64,000 bases of DNA from Candidatus Moraniibacteriota bacterium (GTDB lineage Bacteria > Patescibacteriota > Minisyncoccia > Moranbacterales > GWC2-37-73), in assembly GCA_003507445.1 (NCBI GenBank), contig DNVR01000008.1, positions 29,083-93,082 of the forward strand, read 5' to 3'. Shown piece after piece: positions 8,664 to 17,135 of this stretch (within the stretch, counting starts at the first letter, position 1; each line of letters starts with the position of its first letter). The notes under the pieces were generated by a model, which saw nothing but the letters and a program-made list of their open reading frames with translations, made no database searches and had not been told where the DNA came from. Made by a program: the position numbers and the translations under genes.

Positions 8664-9881
8664 ATGAATATAAATTATTCATTGCATAAATACTTCTTGA
8701 TTGTTATGTTTGTTGTTTGTGCAAGCGCAGTTGTGATTTTTGTAAAACAAAGAGCAAATGCTTCTGACAGTATTTCAGTTGCTGTCCCGATAAACGGTGT
8801 TTGTTCGGGAATAAATGAAACAAAGGTTGACAGTAAGCCAACAAGCGGCTTGTGTAGCGTAGGAACAGCCTCTGATGTGATAGAAAATAGTGATGGTTGG
8901 GCTTGGAAATGTCTGGGTATAAATGGAGGAGGAAGTGCTTACTGCAAAGTTATTAAATATATCGCCCCAGTTGCGACAACTGTTTCTCCAGTTGCGACAA
9001 CGACAACGGCACCCACAGTGCTTAATACGGCCCCTGTTACAACTACCGTGGACCGTGTGACGAATGTTGTGGATGAAATTGAACCAAAAATTACAGCGCC
9101 AACAACCAGCTCAGTGTCGACAACTTCTTTGCCAACTACGATTTCAAAAACAACTCAAACAACTTCTGTCTCAGATGATTCTGAAAAAAACACCGAGGAA
9201 GAAAGGCAGCGAGAAAGGCAAATTTCCGAAACAGTGATAAAACCAGAAATCACTGATAATGTTGTCATAGCTCCGCCTGAACAGCAGCAAATTGATGAAA
9301 AACAAGTTGTTCTTCCTCAGGAGGAAAAAGAGATGGTTAGAAGTCAAATAATAAAGCCACCTGTTATTGTTGCAGCAAAAAATCTTGTACAAAAAAATAA
9401 TCCAAAAATTGCAGGCGAGACTAATGCTGTTTTGAAAGTTGAAAAAGTGGCTTTAGTGGAGAAAAATAATGGAGTCAAACAACTTGAATTGTCTGGAAAA
9501 TCAGAGCCTAATGCGATTGTAACTTTGTACATATTTAGTAAGGATCCTATTGTTATTAGTATTAAGGCAGACGTTGATGGTTTGTGGAATTATGAATTGG
9601 ACAAGGAATTGGCAGACGGACAACATGAGGTTTATGTGGCTGTGGCAGATGATGAAGGTAAGATTGTTTCCAAGAGTGAGCCTATTGCTTTCATTAAAAC
9701 TGCTCAAGCTGCGGATATGATTCCATTTTCAGAATTCCAAGAGAATGAGTCGCCTGTAAAAAACTCTGCTCAGCAATTTGTTTTAATAGCTATAATCGTA
9801 ATGTCAGTATGTTTGGCATTGGCATTGGCTGCAATTGGATTTTTAACTCGCAAAGAAAGTTTTAATGAGGGAATTAATTAA
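8664..9881 (+). CDS. surface protein with Thr/Val-rich linker, Ig-like domain and C-terminal TM anchor
   Basis: Signal peptide. Low-complexity PVATTVSPVATTTTAPT region. C-terminal hydrophobic helix FVLIAIIVMSVCLALALAAIGFL. Confidence 0.55.
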   Translation: MNINYSLHKYFLIVMFVVCASAVVIFVKQRANASDSISVAVPINGVCSGINETKVDSKPTSGLCSVGTASDVIENSDGWAWKCLGINGGGSAYCKVIKYIAPVATTVSPVATTTTAPTVLNTAPVTTTVDRVTNVVDEIEPKITAPTTSSVSTTSLPTTISKTTQTTSVSDDSEKNTEEERQRERQISETVIKPEITDNVVIAPPEQQQIDEKQVVLPQEEKEMVRSQIIKPPVIVAAKNLVQKNNPKIAGETNAVLKVEKVALVEKNNGVKQLELSGKSEPNAIVTLYIFSKDPIVISIKADVDGLWNYELDKELADGQHEVYVAVADDEGKIVSKSEPIAFIKTAQAADMIPFSEFQENESPVKNSAQQFVLIAIIVMSVCLALALAAIGFLTRKESFNEGIN

Positions 9882-11259
9882 GCGTGGAATAACTTTTGTT
9901 AAAAATAATCCAACAATAATTTCTTCATTGTTGCTTATTTTTGTTGTGATCGGAGCACTTTTTTTAAACTCCTATTTTATTCTGGCTCGTTTTCAAGAAA
10001 ATTCAGATAAAATTTTAAGAGCAAAAGCGGTGCTTGCAGAGGATGTTATTAGTGTTGTGGCAAAACAACATTTTGAAAACTTGTTGCAAGACAGTGTTTT
10101 GCTTGAAGAAAAAATAATCGATATTCAGGAGAATGATCCTGAAATCGCTGAAATCGCTGTCTATATGCCAACTGCGACAGACAATGTTTATAAGCCGTTT
10201 ATTTCAGCAAGAAATGTTCTCTTGGATGAACCAGAGAGGGTGGAAGTGGAAAAAATTACTCAAAATGCGATAAAATTTTCCTTGTCAGTTGAGGATGCAT
10301 TTGCCTATATAAGTTCTTCAGGAGGAAATCGTTATTGGAATGTTGTTAAGACTGTTCGTGCGAAAGATGGGACTGCGAAAGCTGTTTTGCGTTTGAAATT
10401 ATCGTTGGTTGAAAATGATAGGCTTGTTGGGAAGATAATTTTGCAAGTATATATCTTGTCTGTGGGCGCAATGCTTGTTGTGCTCTTGCTCGTTTTTAAT
10501 CATATACGACTTTTTGCTTTTGAACTTAAGGCCAAAAAGTTAGAGGAAATAGATCAGATGAAAGATGATTTTATTTCAATGGCAAGTCACGAATTAAAGA
10601 GTCCATTAACTGCGATTAGCGGGTATAGTGAATTGCTTGAGGACACTTTGGAGATAAGAGAAAATTTGCCAGACAATAAAATCCATCAGAAAAAGTATTT
10701 AAAAAACATCAACATTTCCGTAAACAGATTGAAAGAGTTGGTGGAGGATTTGTTGGACGTTTCACGCATCGAGCAAAACAGATTGCCGATTGATTTAAAA
10801 GAAATAGATTTGTCAGCGATTGTTTTGGAGCTTGCAGATGAGATGAGTGTGCTGGCTAATGAAAAAGGATTGGAGCTCAAAAGGAATGTCCCAAAAATTT
10901 CCAATGTTTTGGCTGATCCAGAAAGATTAAAACAAATCGTTATTAACCTGCTTAGTAATGCAATCAAATATACACCTGCCGGATCAGTGGAGATTCAAAT
11001 TAGGGAAGATGAGAAAAATGTATTTTTGACAGTGGCTGATACTGGACTGGGAATTTCAGCAGAGGATATGAAAAATTTGTTTTCCAAATTTTATCGAGTC
11101 AAAACGCAATTTACCACTGGAATTTCAGGAACGGGACTTGGTCTCTGGATTGCAAGAGAAATTGCACAAAAAATGGGCGGAGATTTGAAAGTAGAAAGTA
11201 TAGAAGGCGTTGGATCGCATTTCACATTAAGTTTGAAAAAAGCAAAAATAGATAGATAA
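9865..11259 (+). CDS. sensor histidine kinase (two TM helices, periplasmic sensor domain, HisKA + HATPase_c)
   Basis: H-box MASHELKSPLTAISGYSELL, N-box LLSNAIKYT, G1 DTGLGI, G2 GTGLGLWIAREIA. Overlaps the upstream gene by 17 nt. No cognate response regulator adjacent. Confidence 0.85.
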   Translation: MRELIKRGITFVKNNPTIISSLLLIFVVIGALFLNSYFILARFQENSDKILRAKAVLAEDVISVVAKQHFENLLQDSVLLEEKIIDIQENDPEIAEIAVYMPTATDNVYKPFISARNVLLDEPERVEVEKITQNAIKFSLSVEDAFAYISSSGGNRYWNVVKTVRAKDGTAKAVLRLKLSLVENDRLVGKIILQVYILSVGAMLVVLLLVFNHIRLFAFELKAKKLEEIDQMKDDFISMASHELKSPLTAISGYSELLEDTLEIRENLPDNKIHQKKYLKNINISVNRLKELVEDLLDVSRIEQNRLPIDLKEIDLSAIVLELADEMSVLANEKGLELKRNVPKISNVLADPERLKQIVINLLSNAIKYTPAGSVEIQIREDEKNVFLTVADTGLGISAEDMKNLFSKFYRVKTQFTTGISGTGLGLWIAREIAQKMGGDLKVESIEGVGSHFTLSLKKAKIDR

Positions 11260-11277
11260 GAAACTAAAGCAGAAAGA

Positions 11278-12021
11278 ATGAATTTTAAAAAAAATATGGA
11301 TAAAAAACAAAAAATTGCTATTTTTGATATCGACGGAACAATTTTTAGAAAAAATCTTCAGTTCGAATTGATCAACGAACTTTCTTGGATGAATATTTTT
11401 CCTCGCAAAGTGCGTGATCAGATCGTGACGCTTTATACAAATTGGTTGGAACACAAGGGAACATATGAACAGTATCGTCTTGGGCTGGTTGAGTTGTATG
11501 AAAAATATATTCGCGGTTGCAAACTTGCTGATGTTGAGAGAGCAAGTAAGGTTGTGATTTCTTTTCATCAGGACAGAACATATATATTTGCTGAACAAAT
11601 GATTAGAAAACTTCGCAAAGAAAATTATCATTTGATAGCGGTGTCAGGATCGCCCATTGAAATTGTGCGAGAATATGACAAAACACATCTTAAATTTGAT
11701 GCTGTGTTTGGCAGTGTGTATGCTTTTGATAAGAAAGGTGTTTATACTGGAGAATCGCAATATGAGCCGGTGAAAAACAAGGGTAATCTTGTGAAACAAT
11801 ATGTCTATGAACACAATCTGACACTGGAAGATTCATATGGAATGGGAGACACAGAGTCCGATGCGAGTTTTTTGGATATCGTCTCAAATCCGATTGCATT
11901 TAATCCCAATGAAAATCTTAAAGCGATAGCTCAAGAAAAAGGTTGGAGAATTGTGGTTGAAAAGAAAGATGTGGTGTATGATATATCAAGAATCATAAAG
12001 GATTGTGATATTTCTTTTTAA
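11278..12021 (+). CDS. HAD-superfamily hydrolase (subfamily IB, phosphoserine-phosphatase-like)
   Basis: Motif I FDIDGTI, motif II VSGSP, motif IV GMGDTESD. Confidence 0.7.
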   Translation: MNFKKNMDKKQKIAIFDIDGTIFRKNLQFELINELSWMNIFPRKVRDQIVTLYTNWLEHKGTYEQYRLGLVELYEKYIRGCKLADVERASKVVISFHQDRTYIFAEQMIRKLRKENYHLIAVSGSPIEIVREYDKTHLKFDAVFGSVYAFDKKGVYTGESQYEPVKNKGNLVKQYVYEHNLTLEDSYGMGDTESDASFLDIVSNPIAFNPNENLKAIAQEKGWRIVVEKKDVVYDISRIIKDCDISF

Positions 12022-12060
12022 TAAAATAAAAAATATAGGACTTACGCTTTTTCTCAACTA

Positions 12061-12141
12061 TTTCTTTTTTGGCACGCTTTTGGATAAATACTCAATATCC
12101 AAAAGCTCAAAGAGTTGCTGTCGCCAACTATTGGCCAAAAA
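12061..12141 (+). repeat. ~80-bp intergenic repeat (family 3), copy 1
   Basis: TTGGCACGCTTTTGGATAAATACTCAATATCCAAAAGCTCAAAGAGTTGCTGTCGCCAACTATTGGCCAAAAA. ~93% identical to 25725..25805. Contains a 10-bp perfect IR CTTTTGGATA/TATCCAAAAG. Confidence 0.8.
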
Positions 12142-12185
12142 AGAAATGTTTCGAAACGCGTAACTTCTGAAATAATTAAATCATT

Positions 12186-12374
12186 ATGAATACTGTAATC
12201 ATTTCCGTGCTTGTTATTCTCATTATCGTTGTCCTTACTGTGGCAATAGGTTTGATTCGCTTTACGTTCAATGATTTTTTGGAAAAAGTTGTCAAAAAAA
12301 CCTTGTGGCTCTGGCTTCCTTTTCATGCGCTTAAAAGATTGAGCGGAGAGTTTCGAAAAAAATATATGAAATAA
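12186..12374 (+). CDS. small hydrophobic protein (62 aa)
   Basis: Single TM-like segment VIISVLVILIIVVLTVAIGLI. Ends at a bidirectional terminator. Confidence 0.3.
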   Translation: MNTVIISVLVILIIVVLTVAIGLIRFTFNDFLEKVVKKTLWLWLPFHALKRLSGEFRKKYMK

Positions 12375-12435
12375 AATCGCTGATAAAGCGCGGATAATAA
12401 ACGCTGATATACACGCTGATTATATACGGTCATAA

Positions 12436-12466
12436 AAATAAAAACCCTCTTGTTGAGGGTTTTTAT
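12436..12466. terminator. bidirectional rho-independent terminator between convergent genes
   Basis: AAAACCCTC-TTGTT-GAGGGTTTT with A-run upstream and T-run downstream. Flanked by an outer IR CGCTGATATACACGCTGA/TCAGCGTGTATATCAGCG. Confidence 0.7.
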
Positions 12467-12513
12467 GGTTTCTGCGTAAAATCAGCGTATTTTTTTCAGC
12501 GTGTATATCAGCG

Positions 12514-12858
12514 TTATTTCACTTTTTCCATAAACTTTGCAAAGATTGCTGGGTTTTCGGCAGCCATTTGTGAAAGCACTTTGCGGTCAGTTTCAATGTT
12601 TTTTGATTTCAAGATTGCAATAAATTTGCTATATGTAATGTCGAACAATCGAACTGCATTGTTAAGTCGCAAAATCCAAAGAGCTCTGTTTGTTCGCTTT
12701 TTGGCTCGACGATCACGATGAGCGTATTTTCCAGCTTTGATAACCGCTTCTTTGGCAGCAACATAATTTTTGCTACGACGCCATCTGAAACCTTTGGCCA
12801 TTTCTAATACATTTTTTCTACGTTTTGATGCGGCTACACCGCGCTTTACTCTGCTCAT
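12514..12858 (-). CDS. rplT: 50S ribosomal protein L20
   Basis: MSRVKRGVAASKRRKNVLEMAKGFRWRRSKNYVAAKEAVIKAGKYAHRDRRAKKRTNRALWILRLN matches the L20 family. The track ORF start lies upstream, so the start is placed at the MSRVKRG methionine. Confidence 0.9.
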   Translation of the reverse strand: MSRVKRGVAASKRRKNVLEMAKGFRWRRSKNYVAAKEAVIKAGKYAHRDRRAKKRTNRALWILRLNNAVRLFDITYSKFIAILKSKNIETDRKVLSQMAAENPAIFAKFMEKVK

Positions 12859-13024
12859 TTTGTCTATGAGGTACGAGTAGCTACAAAATGAAGCACCCCG
12901 CACCAATTCTCTATTAAATTCTTAAATTATATAAATACTGAGCCGTAGGCGTTTCCGTGCATAAATCCCTCAACTAGTACCGGTAGTTTTTGGAATTTGG
13001 TGCGGGGGTAGGCCTCCTCTCTAA

Positions 13025-13231
13025 TTATTTTCCAATTGAATATGGAAGAGCTGCAACAATATTCTTTTCGTCAGCTCGAAACATACGTTTATCTTTTTTC
13101 TTTGCGCGTCCTTCAGCGCCTGTTTCTTTTGAGTTGTAGTGGTTTTGTCCTGTTGCTCTGCGAATCACTTTACCATTTTTGGTTATTTTAACTTTCTTTA
13201 CTACTGATTTCTTCGTTTTCATCTTAGGCAT
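13025..13231 (-). CDS. rpmI: 50S ribosomal protein L35
   Basis: MPKMKTKKSVVKKVKITKNGKVIRR is the typical L35 N-terminus. The upstream part of the track ORF is encoded by a heptamer repeat and is not protein. Confidence 0.85.
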   Translation of the reverse strand: MPKMKTKKSVVKKVKITKNGKVIRRATGQNHYNSKETGAEGRAKKKDKRMFRADEKNIVAALPYSIGK

Positions 13232-13238
13232 CTCTTTG

Positions 13239-13350
13239 TTGAATTTCGAATTTCGAATTTCGAATTTCGATTGAATTGTGAATTGATTCAAAATTTAATC
13301 ATTGAAATATTGGAAATTGATTCAAAATTTAAAATTTAAAATTTAAAATT
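13239..13350. repeat. heptamer-array element: (TCGAATT)x4 - ~50-bp spacer - (AAAATTT)x4
   Basis: Fills the infC stop to rpmI start interval exactly. Same architecture as the in-frame insertion in recG (50867..50967). Confidence 0.8.
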
Positions 13351-13909
13351 ATTCTGTTATTGTTGTTGGGGCGATGATCACATTGAATCCACCGGGGAAT
13401 CTTTTGATTGGATCTTCAATTTTATATGGAACAGTGATGCCGGTTATAAAATCTTGTAAATTCTTTCTGGCTAAATCTTGATGAGCTTTTTCTCTTCCGC
13501 GCAGCACAATGTCAATTTTTACTTTGTCACCTTGTTTGAGAAATTTTTCTGATTGAGCTCTTTTGAATTCAACATCGTGAGTGTCAGTTCGAAGTCCCAA
13601 TCTGACTCCCTTTATTTCAACTTTCTTTTGCTTGGCTTTTGCAAGTCGCAATTGCTTGGATTGTTGATAAAGGTGTTTGCCATAATCCATTATGCGGCAT
13701 ACCGGCGGTTGTGCCTTTGGAGAAACTTCAACCAAGTCGAGCATTCTTTCTCTGGCAAGCGCCATAGCATCAAGTGTTGACATTTCTCCCAGCTGTTTTC
13801 CTTCGTCATCAATCACAAATACCACGGGAACTCGAATTCCATCATTGATGCGCAATTGCGCCGGCCCAGTCTGCTGCTTTGGTTTAAATCTAAATCGCTT
13901 TCTAATAAT
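13349..13909 (-). CDS. infC: translation initiation factor IF-3, probable non-ATG (ATT/ATA) start
   Basis: RINDGIRVPVVFVIDDEGKQLGEMS and PPVCRIMDYGK match IF-3. The frame stays open upstream of the track's TTG codon to an in-frame stop at 13934..13936, and the conserved N-terminal KRFRFKPKQQ region lies upstream. Confidence 0.8.
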   Translation of the reverse strand: MIRKRFRFKPKQQTGPAQLRINDGIRVPVVFVIDDEGKQLGEMSTLDAMALARERMLDLVEVSPKAQPPVCRIMDYGKHLYQQSKQLRLAKAKQKKVEIKGVRLGLRTDTHDVEFKRAQSEKFLKQGDKVKIDIVLRGREKAHQDLARKNLQDFITGITVPYKIEDPIKRFPGGFNVIIAPTTITE

Positions 13910-14040
13910 CGTGGTGGTCTTGCTTATTCCGCTTTATGTAAAAGTGGAAAAGGACGACATTAACTTTAATTTTTTCATATAACATATAGCATATAACATG
14001 AAACACAAAACAAAAATGTTATATGCTACATGTTACATGT

Positions 14041-14452
14041 TGTATATATGGTGGAGTTGATGGGAATTGCACCCATGTCCAAAATTGACAATCCAAAATC
14101 CTCTACAAGTTTAGTTTATTTTTTCTCACCGAAGCGAGTGCGACTAATTAGAGTAGAGAATAAACAAAACCTCTAAATGCCGTTTTCAGAATTATTTCGC
14201 ATTTTGTGTCCAAAAAACCACAAAACACTATTCTCATGTTTGACACCGAGGTCTGCTTACGAGAAATCAGCAGTTCGATGGCTTCGAGCCTAAGCTAAAG
14301 CAGGTGAAAAACCAGCAAATGCTTGCGCAAATGTAGCTTTCGCCTTTGATATGAAGTTTGCACTTATATCTTCGCCACACTTTTTACGATACAGCAGCGG
14401 TGATCGACTTGCATATTTTGAAAAGTACAACCTGTCGAAACTAAACAACCCC
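14041..14452 (-). ncRNA. ssrA: tmRNA (ssrA)
   Basis: Minus-strand 5' GGGGTTGTTTAGTTTCGACAGG matches the tmRNA 5' consensus. 3' end reads ...GGACATGGGTGCAATTCCCATCAACTCCACCA with encoded CCA. Acceptor pairs 7/7 including the G3-U wobble. Adjacent to smpB. Confidence 0.75.
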
Positions 14453-14629
14453 CGGCCGCAACACTCTGTAAGGGTTGAGTGCGGGGAATGTCAATTTATT
14501 TTCGTGTGCGGAATTTCCAAATCCCAATTTCCAATTTCCAATAAAAATTTAAATTACAAAATGTCCAATAATAAACAATACCTTTGGCATTAAAAGTTGG
14601 AAATTTTGTTAGAAATTAGATATTGGTAA

Positions 14630-15100
14630 TTAGGAATTTTTCATGGCTCTTCCTATTTCTCTCTCACTCTCTCTTTTGGTGATGTCTGAGCGCTTGTCGT
14701 GAGCCTTTTTTCCGCGCGCTACAGCGAATTCCAACTTAACTAGGCGTCTCTTAGTATACACACGAAGAGGTACTAATGTCAAGCCTTTTACGTGTAATTT
14801 TCCAATCAGAGACTTGATTTCTGACTTTTTGACCAAAAGCTTGCGAGAGCGTGTCGGATCGTAGGCTATTTTAAAGCCAGCGAAGGGATAATGTGAGATG
14901 GTGGCGTTAGTAAGGTATAATTCTGAATCGTGAATCGTGACAAAACTGCCCTTGAGGCTTATGTGCCCCATTTTTGTTGATTTTGTTTCCGCCCCAGACA
15001 GCACTAAACCAGCCTCATATTTGTCGAGAAGCTCGTAGTCAAAATGCGCTCTTTTGTTGGTTGCTAATGTTGGCATATTCCTATAATGCCTTAAAATCAA
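14630..15100 (-). CDS. smpB: SsrA-binding protein SmpB
   Basis: 156 aa; LVLSGAETKSTKMGHISLKGSFV and YDPTRSRKLLVKKSEI typical of SmpB. Confidence 0.85.
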   Translation of the reverse strand: MILRHYRNMPTLATNKRAHFDYELLDKYEAGLVLSGAETKSTKMGHISLKGSFVTIHDSELYLTNATISHYPFAGFKIAYDPTRSRKLLVKKSEIKSLIGKLHVKGLTLVPLRVYTKRRLVKLEFAVARGKKAHDKRSDITKRESEREIGRAMKNS

Positions 15101-15196
15101 ACAAAAATCAACAGACTATAGGATAAATTTTTCATTTCTCTTCTTTTATGTTAAAATAATAAAAGAAATATAAAATTTGTTAAATAAAATAAAAAT

Positions 15197-15589
15197 ATGG
15201 AACAAAAAATAAAAACAGTGCTGATAGTTGAAGATGAAGAAGATCTTCGTGAGATATATTCAAGAGCTCTTACGGTAAATGGCTACGAAGTTTTGCAAGC
15301 AACCAATGGCATTGAAGCGCTGGAGTGGCTTGAAAGAAAATCTGAAAAAATAGATTTAATATTGCTGGATATTGTGATGCCTGGTATGGATGGATTTGAG
15401 GCTTTGGAAAAAATCAAGAAAAATGAGAAATATGAAAAAATTCCAGTGTTGGTCTCTACTAATCTGGACAACGATGATGACAGACGACAAGCATTAGGAA
15501 TGGGTGCAAAGGAATATTTTGTGAAATCTCAGCACACTCCTTCTGAGCTTGTGGCTAAGGTAAGTGCGGTTGTGAAAGAAAGAGAATAG
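15197..15589 (+). CDS. single-domain response regulator (CheY-like receiver)
   Basis: VLIVEDEEDLREIY, LLDIVMPGMDG and the conserved K at YFVK. Paralog of 63044..63427. Confidence 0.8.
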   Translation: MEQKIKTVLIVEDEEDLREIYSRALTVNGYEVLQATNGIEALEWLERKSEKIDLILLDIVMPGMDGFEALEKIKKNEKYEKIPVLVSTNLDNDDDRRQALGMGAKEYFVKSQHTPSELVAKVSAVVKERE

Positions 15590-15735
15590 TCGGTCAATGA
15601 AAAGATGAATAAAAGATTTTAACTATCACTAGAATGTTTTTTATAAGAGATGCTCACCGGAGTATCTCTTTTTAGTATTAATTGACCAAAGGGATAAAAA
15701 GATGTAAAGTGTATTATGCTTAATAAACATAAAAT

Positions 15736-17121
15736 ATGACTAAAAAAAGCCAAAAAATTGAATTGCTTGCGCCGGCGGGCTTGTCCGCCAAAGCCATTAA
15801 AAATACTGATAATTTGAAAAGTGTAAAAATTTTGAAAAAAAGAGAAGATAAAATTGAATTACTCGCGCCGGCGGGGAGTCCGGAAAAATTGAAATATGCC
15901 ATCAAATATGGGGCAGATGCTGTTTATTGTGGAGTCCCAGATGTTTCAATGCGCGCTCGCGTGAACACTTTTACTGAAAAGGATCTTTTGGAAGCGGCAA
16001 AATTTGTTCACAGTGAGGGCAAAAAAATATTTGTAACTTTGAATATTTATGCGCATAATTATCATTTGTCAAAAATAGAAGCGCATTTAAAATTTTTGAA
16101 AAAAGTTAATGTCGATGCTGTTATTGTGGCTGATCCGGGAGTGATTATGCTGGTCAAAAAGCATTTGCCAAAAGTTGCCATTCATCTTAGCACTCAAGCC
16201 AACACGACAAACTGGCAAGCAGCAAAATTTTGGTATGACCTTGGCGTGACAAGAATCGTTTTAGCCAGAGAAGTTACACTGGAGGATATTACTGAAATAA
16301 AAAAACATGTACCAAAATTGGAGTTGGAATATTTTGTGCACGGAGCAATGTGTATGAGTTATTCCGGACGTTGCATTTTGAGCAAATGGATGAGCAACAA
16401 AAGTGCAAACCTTGGAGATTGCACGCAACCGTGTAGGTGGGGATACAGGCAAAAGTCGAAAGTCGAAAGTTTAAAGTCTAAAGAAATAGAAGAATATAAA
16501 ACAATGGAGGTTGAGGAAGTTCAGAGTGGGCGGCCGGTTTTGTTGGAGGAGGATTCTCACGGAACATATTTTTTCAACAGCAAGGATTTGAACTTGCTTT
16601 CGCATTTGCAAGAACTTCGTAGCGCGGGCGTGACGTCGTTTAAAATAGAGGGGCGCAATAAGAGTGTGTTTTATGTGTCCAACGTTTGTAGGGCCTATAG
16701 GAGCGTTCTGGATGCAATCGAGACCAAAAAAACAGCTCCGGAGGCCAGAAAAATTCAAAAATGGGCAGCAAAAGAATTGGATAAATTGGCAAATCGTGGC
16801 TATACCAAGGGTTTTTTGCTTGGAAACGAGCCTGAGCACGGTTTTTCCGGTCAACAAGGGGGCAATGAGTTTCAATTTGTGGGAGAAATCCTAGAAGTTA
16901 ATGGCAGCGAACTGACTGCAAAAATTCATAATGTTGTAAAAGCTGGAGACAATTTGGAGATTATAGATAAGAAAAAAAACATTGCCATTAAAATTTTGAA
17001 GATTTACAATCAAGACAGAGAAGAAGTTTCCTCGGCGCACGGCGGTCACGGCAAATTGTATTTTTTGAAAGTAAACAAAAAAAATATCCAGCCGTATTCA
17101 TTGCTGAGAAAAATAATTTAA
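15736..17121 (+). CDS. U32-family peptidase (collagenase-like / RlhA-TrhP family)
   Basis: ELLAPAGSPEKLKYAIKYGADAVY N-terminus and HGAMCMSYSGRC motif. N-terminal 32 aa are an in-frame direct duplication (IELLAPAG twice). Confidence 0.75.
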   Translation: MTKKSQKIELLAPAGLSAKAIKNTDNLKSVKILKKREDKIELLAPAGSPEKLKYAIKYGADAVYCGVPDVSMRARVNTFTEKDLLEAAKFVHSEGKKIFVTLNIYAHNYHLSKIEAHLKFLKKVNVDAVIVADPGVIMLVKKHLPKVAIHLSTQANTTNWQAAKFWYDLGVTRIVLAREVTLEDITEIKKHVPKLELEYFVHGAMCMSYSGRCILSKWMSNKSANLGDCTQPCRWGYRQKSKVESLKSKEIEEYKTMEVEEVQSGRPVLLEEDSHGTYFFNSKDLNLLSHLQELRSAGVTSFKIEGRNKSVFYVSNVCRAYRSVLDAIETKKTAPEARKIQKWAAKELDKLANRGYTKGFLLGNEPEHGFSGQQGGNEFQFVGEILEVNGSELTAKIHNVVKAGDNLEIIDKKKNIAIKILKIYNQDREEVSSAHGGHGKLYFLKVNKKNIQPYSLLRKII

Positions 17122-17135
17122 TAGTATAAAATTTT

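Noticed and set aside
12065-12085. Sigma-54 promoter call for TGGCACGCTTTTGGA
   Set aside because: The -24 element matches (TGGCAC) but the -12 element is TTGG, not the near-invariant TTGC. Reduced-genome bacteria of this type usually lack rpoN. Kept only as a remark inside the repeat finding.
12054-12326. Minus-strand ORFs 12054..12326 and 25681..25905 sharing FWPIVGDSxSLSFWI
   Set aside because: The shared peptide is the translation of the ~80-bp intergenic repeat (family 3). It is a DNA-level repeat, not a conserved protein.
14351-14593. Track ORF 14351..14593 (+)
   Set aside because: Lies antisense across the tmRNA gene 5' region. No SD or coding signal.
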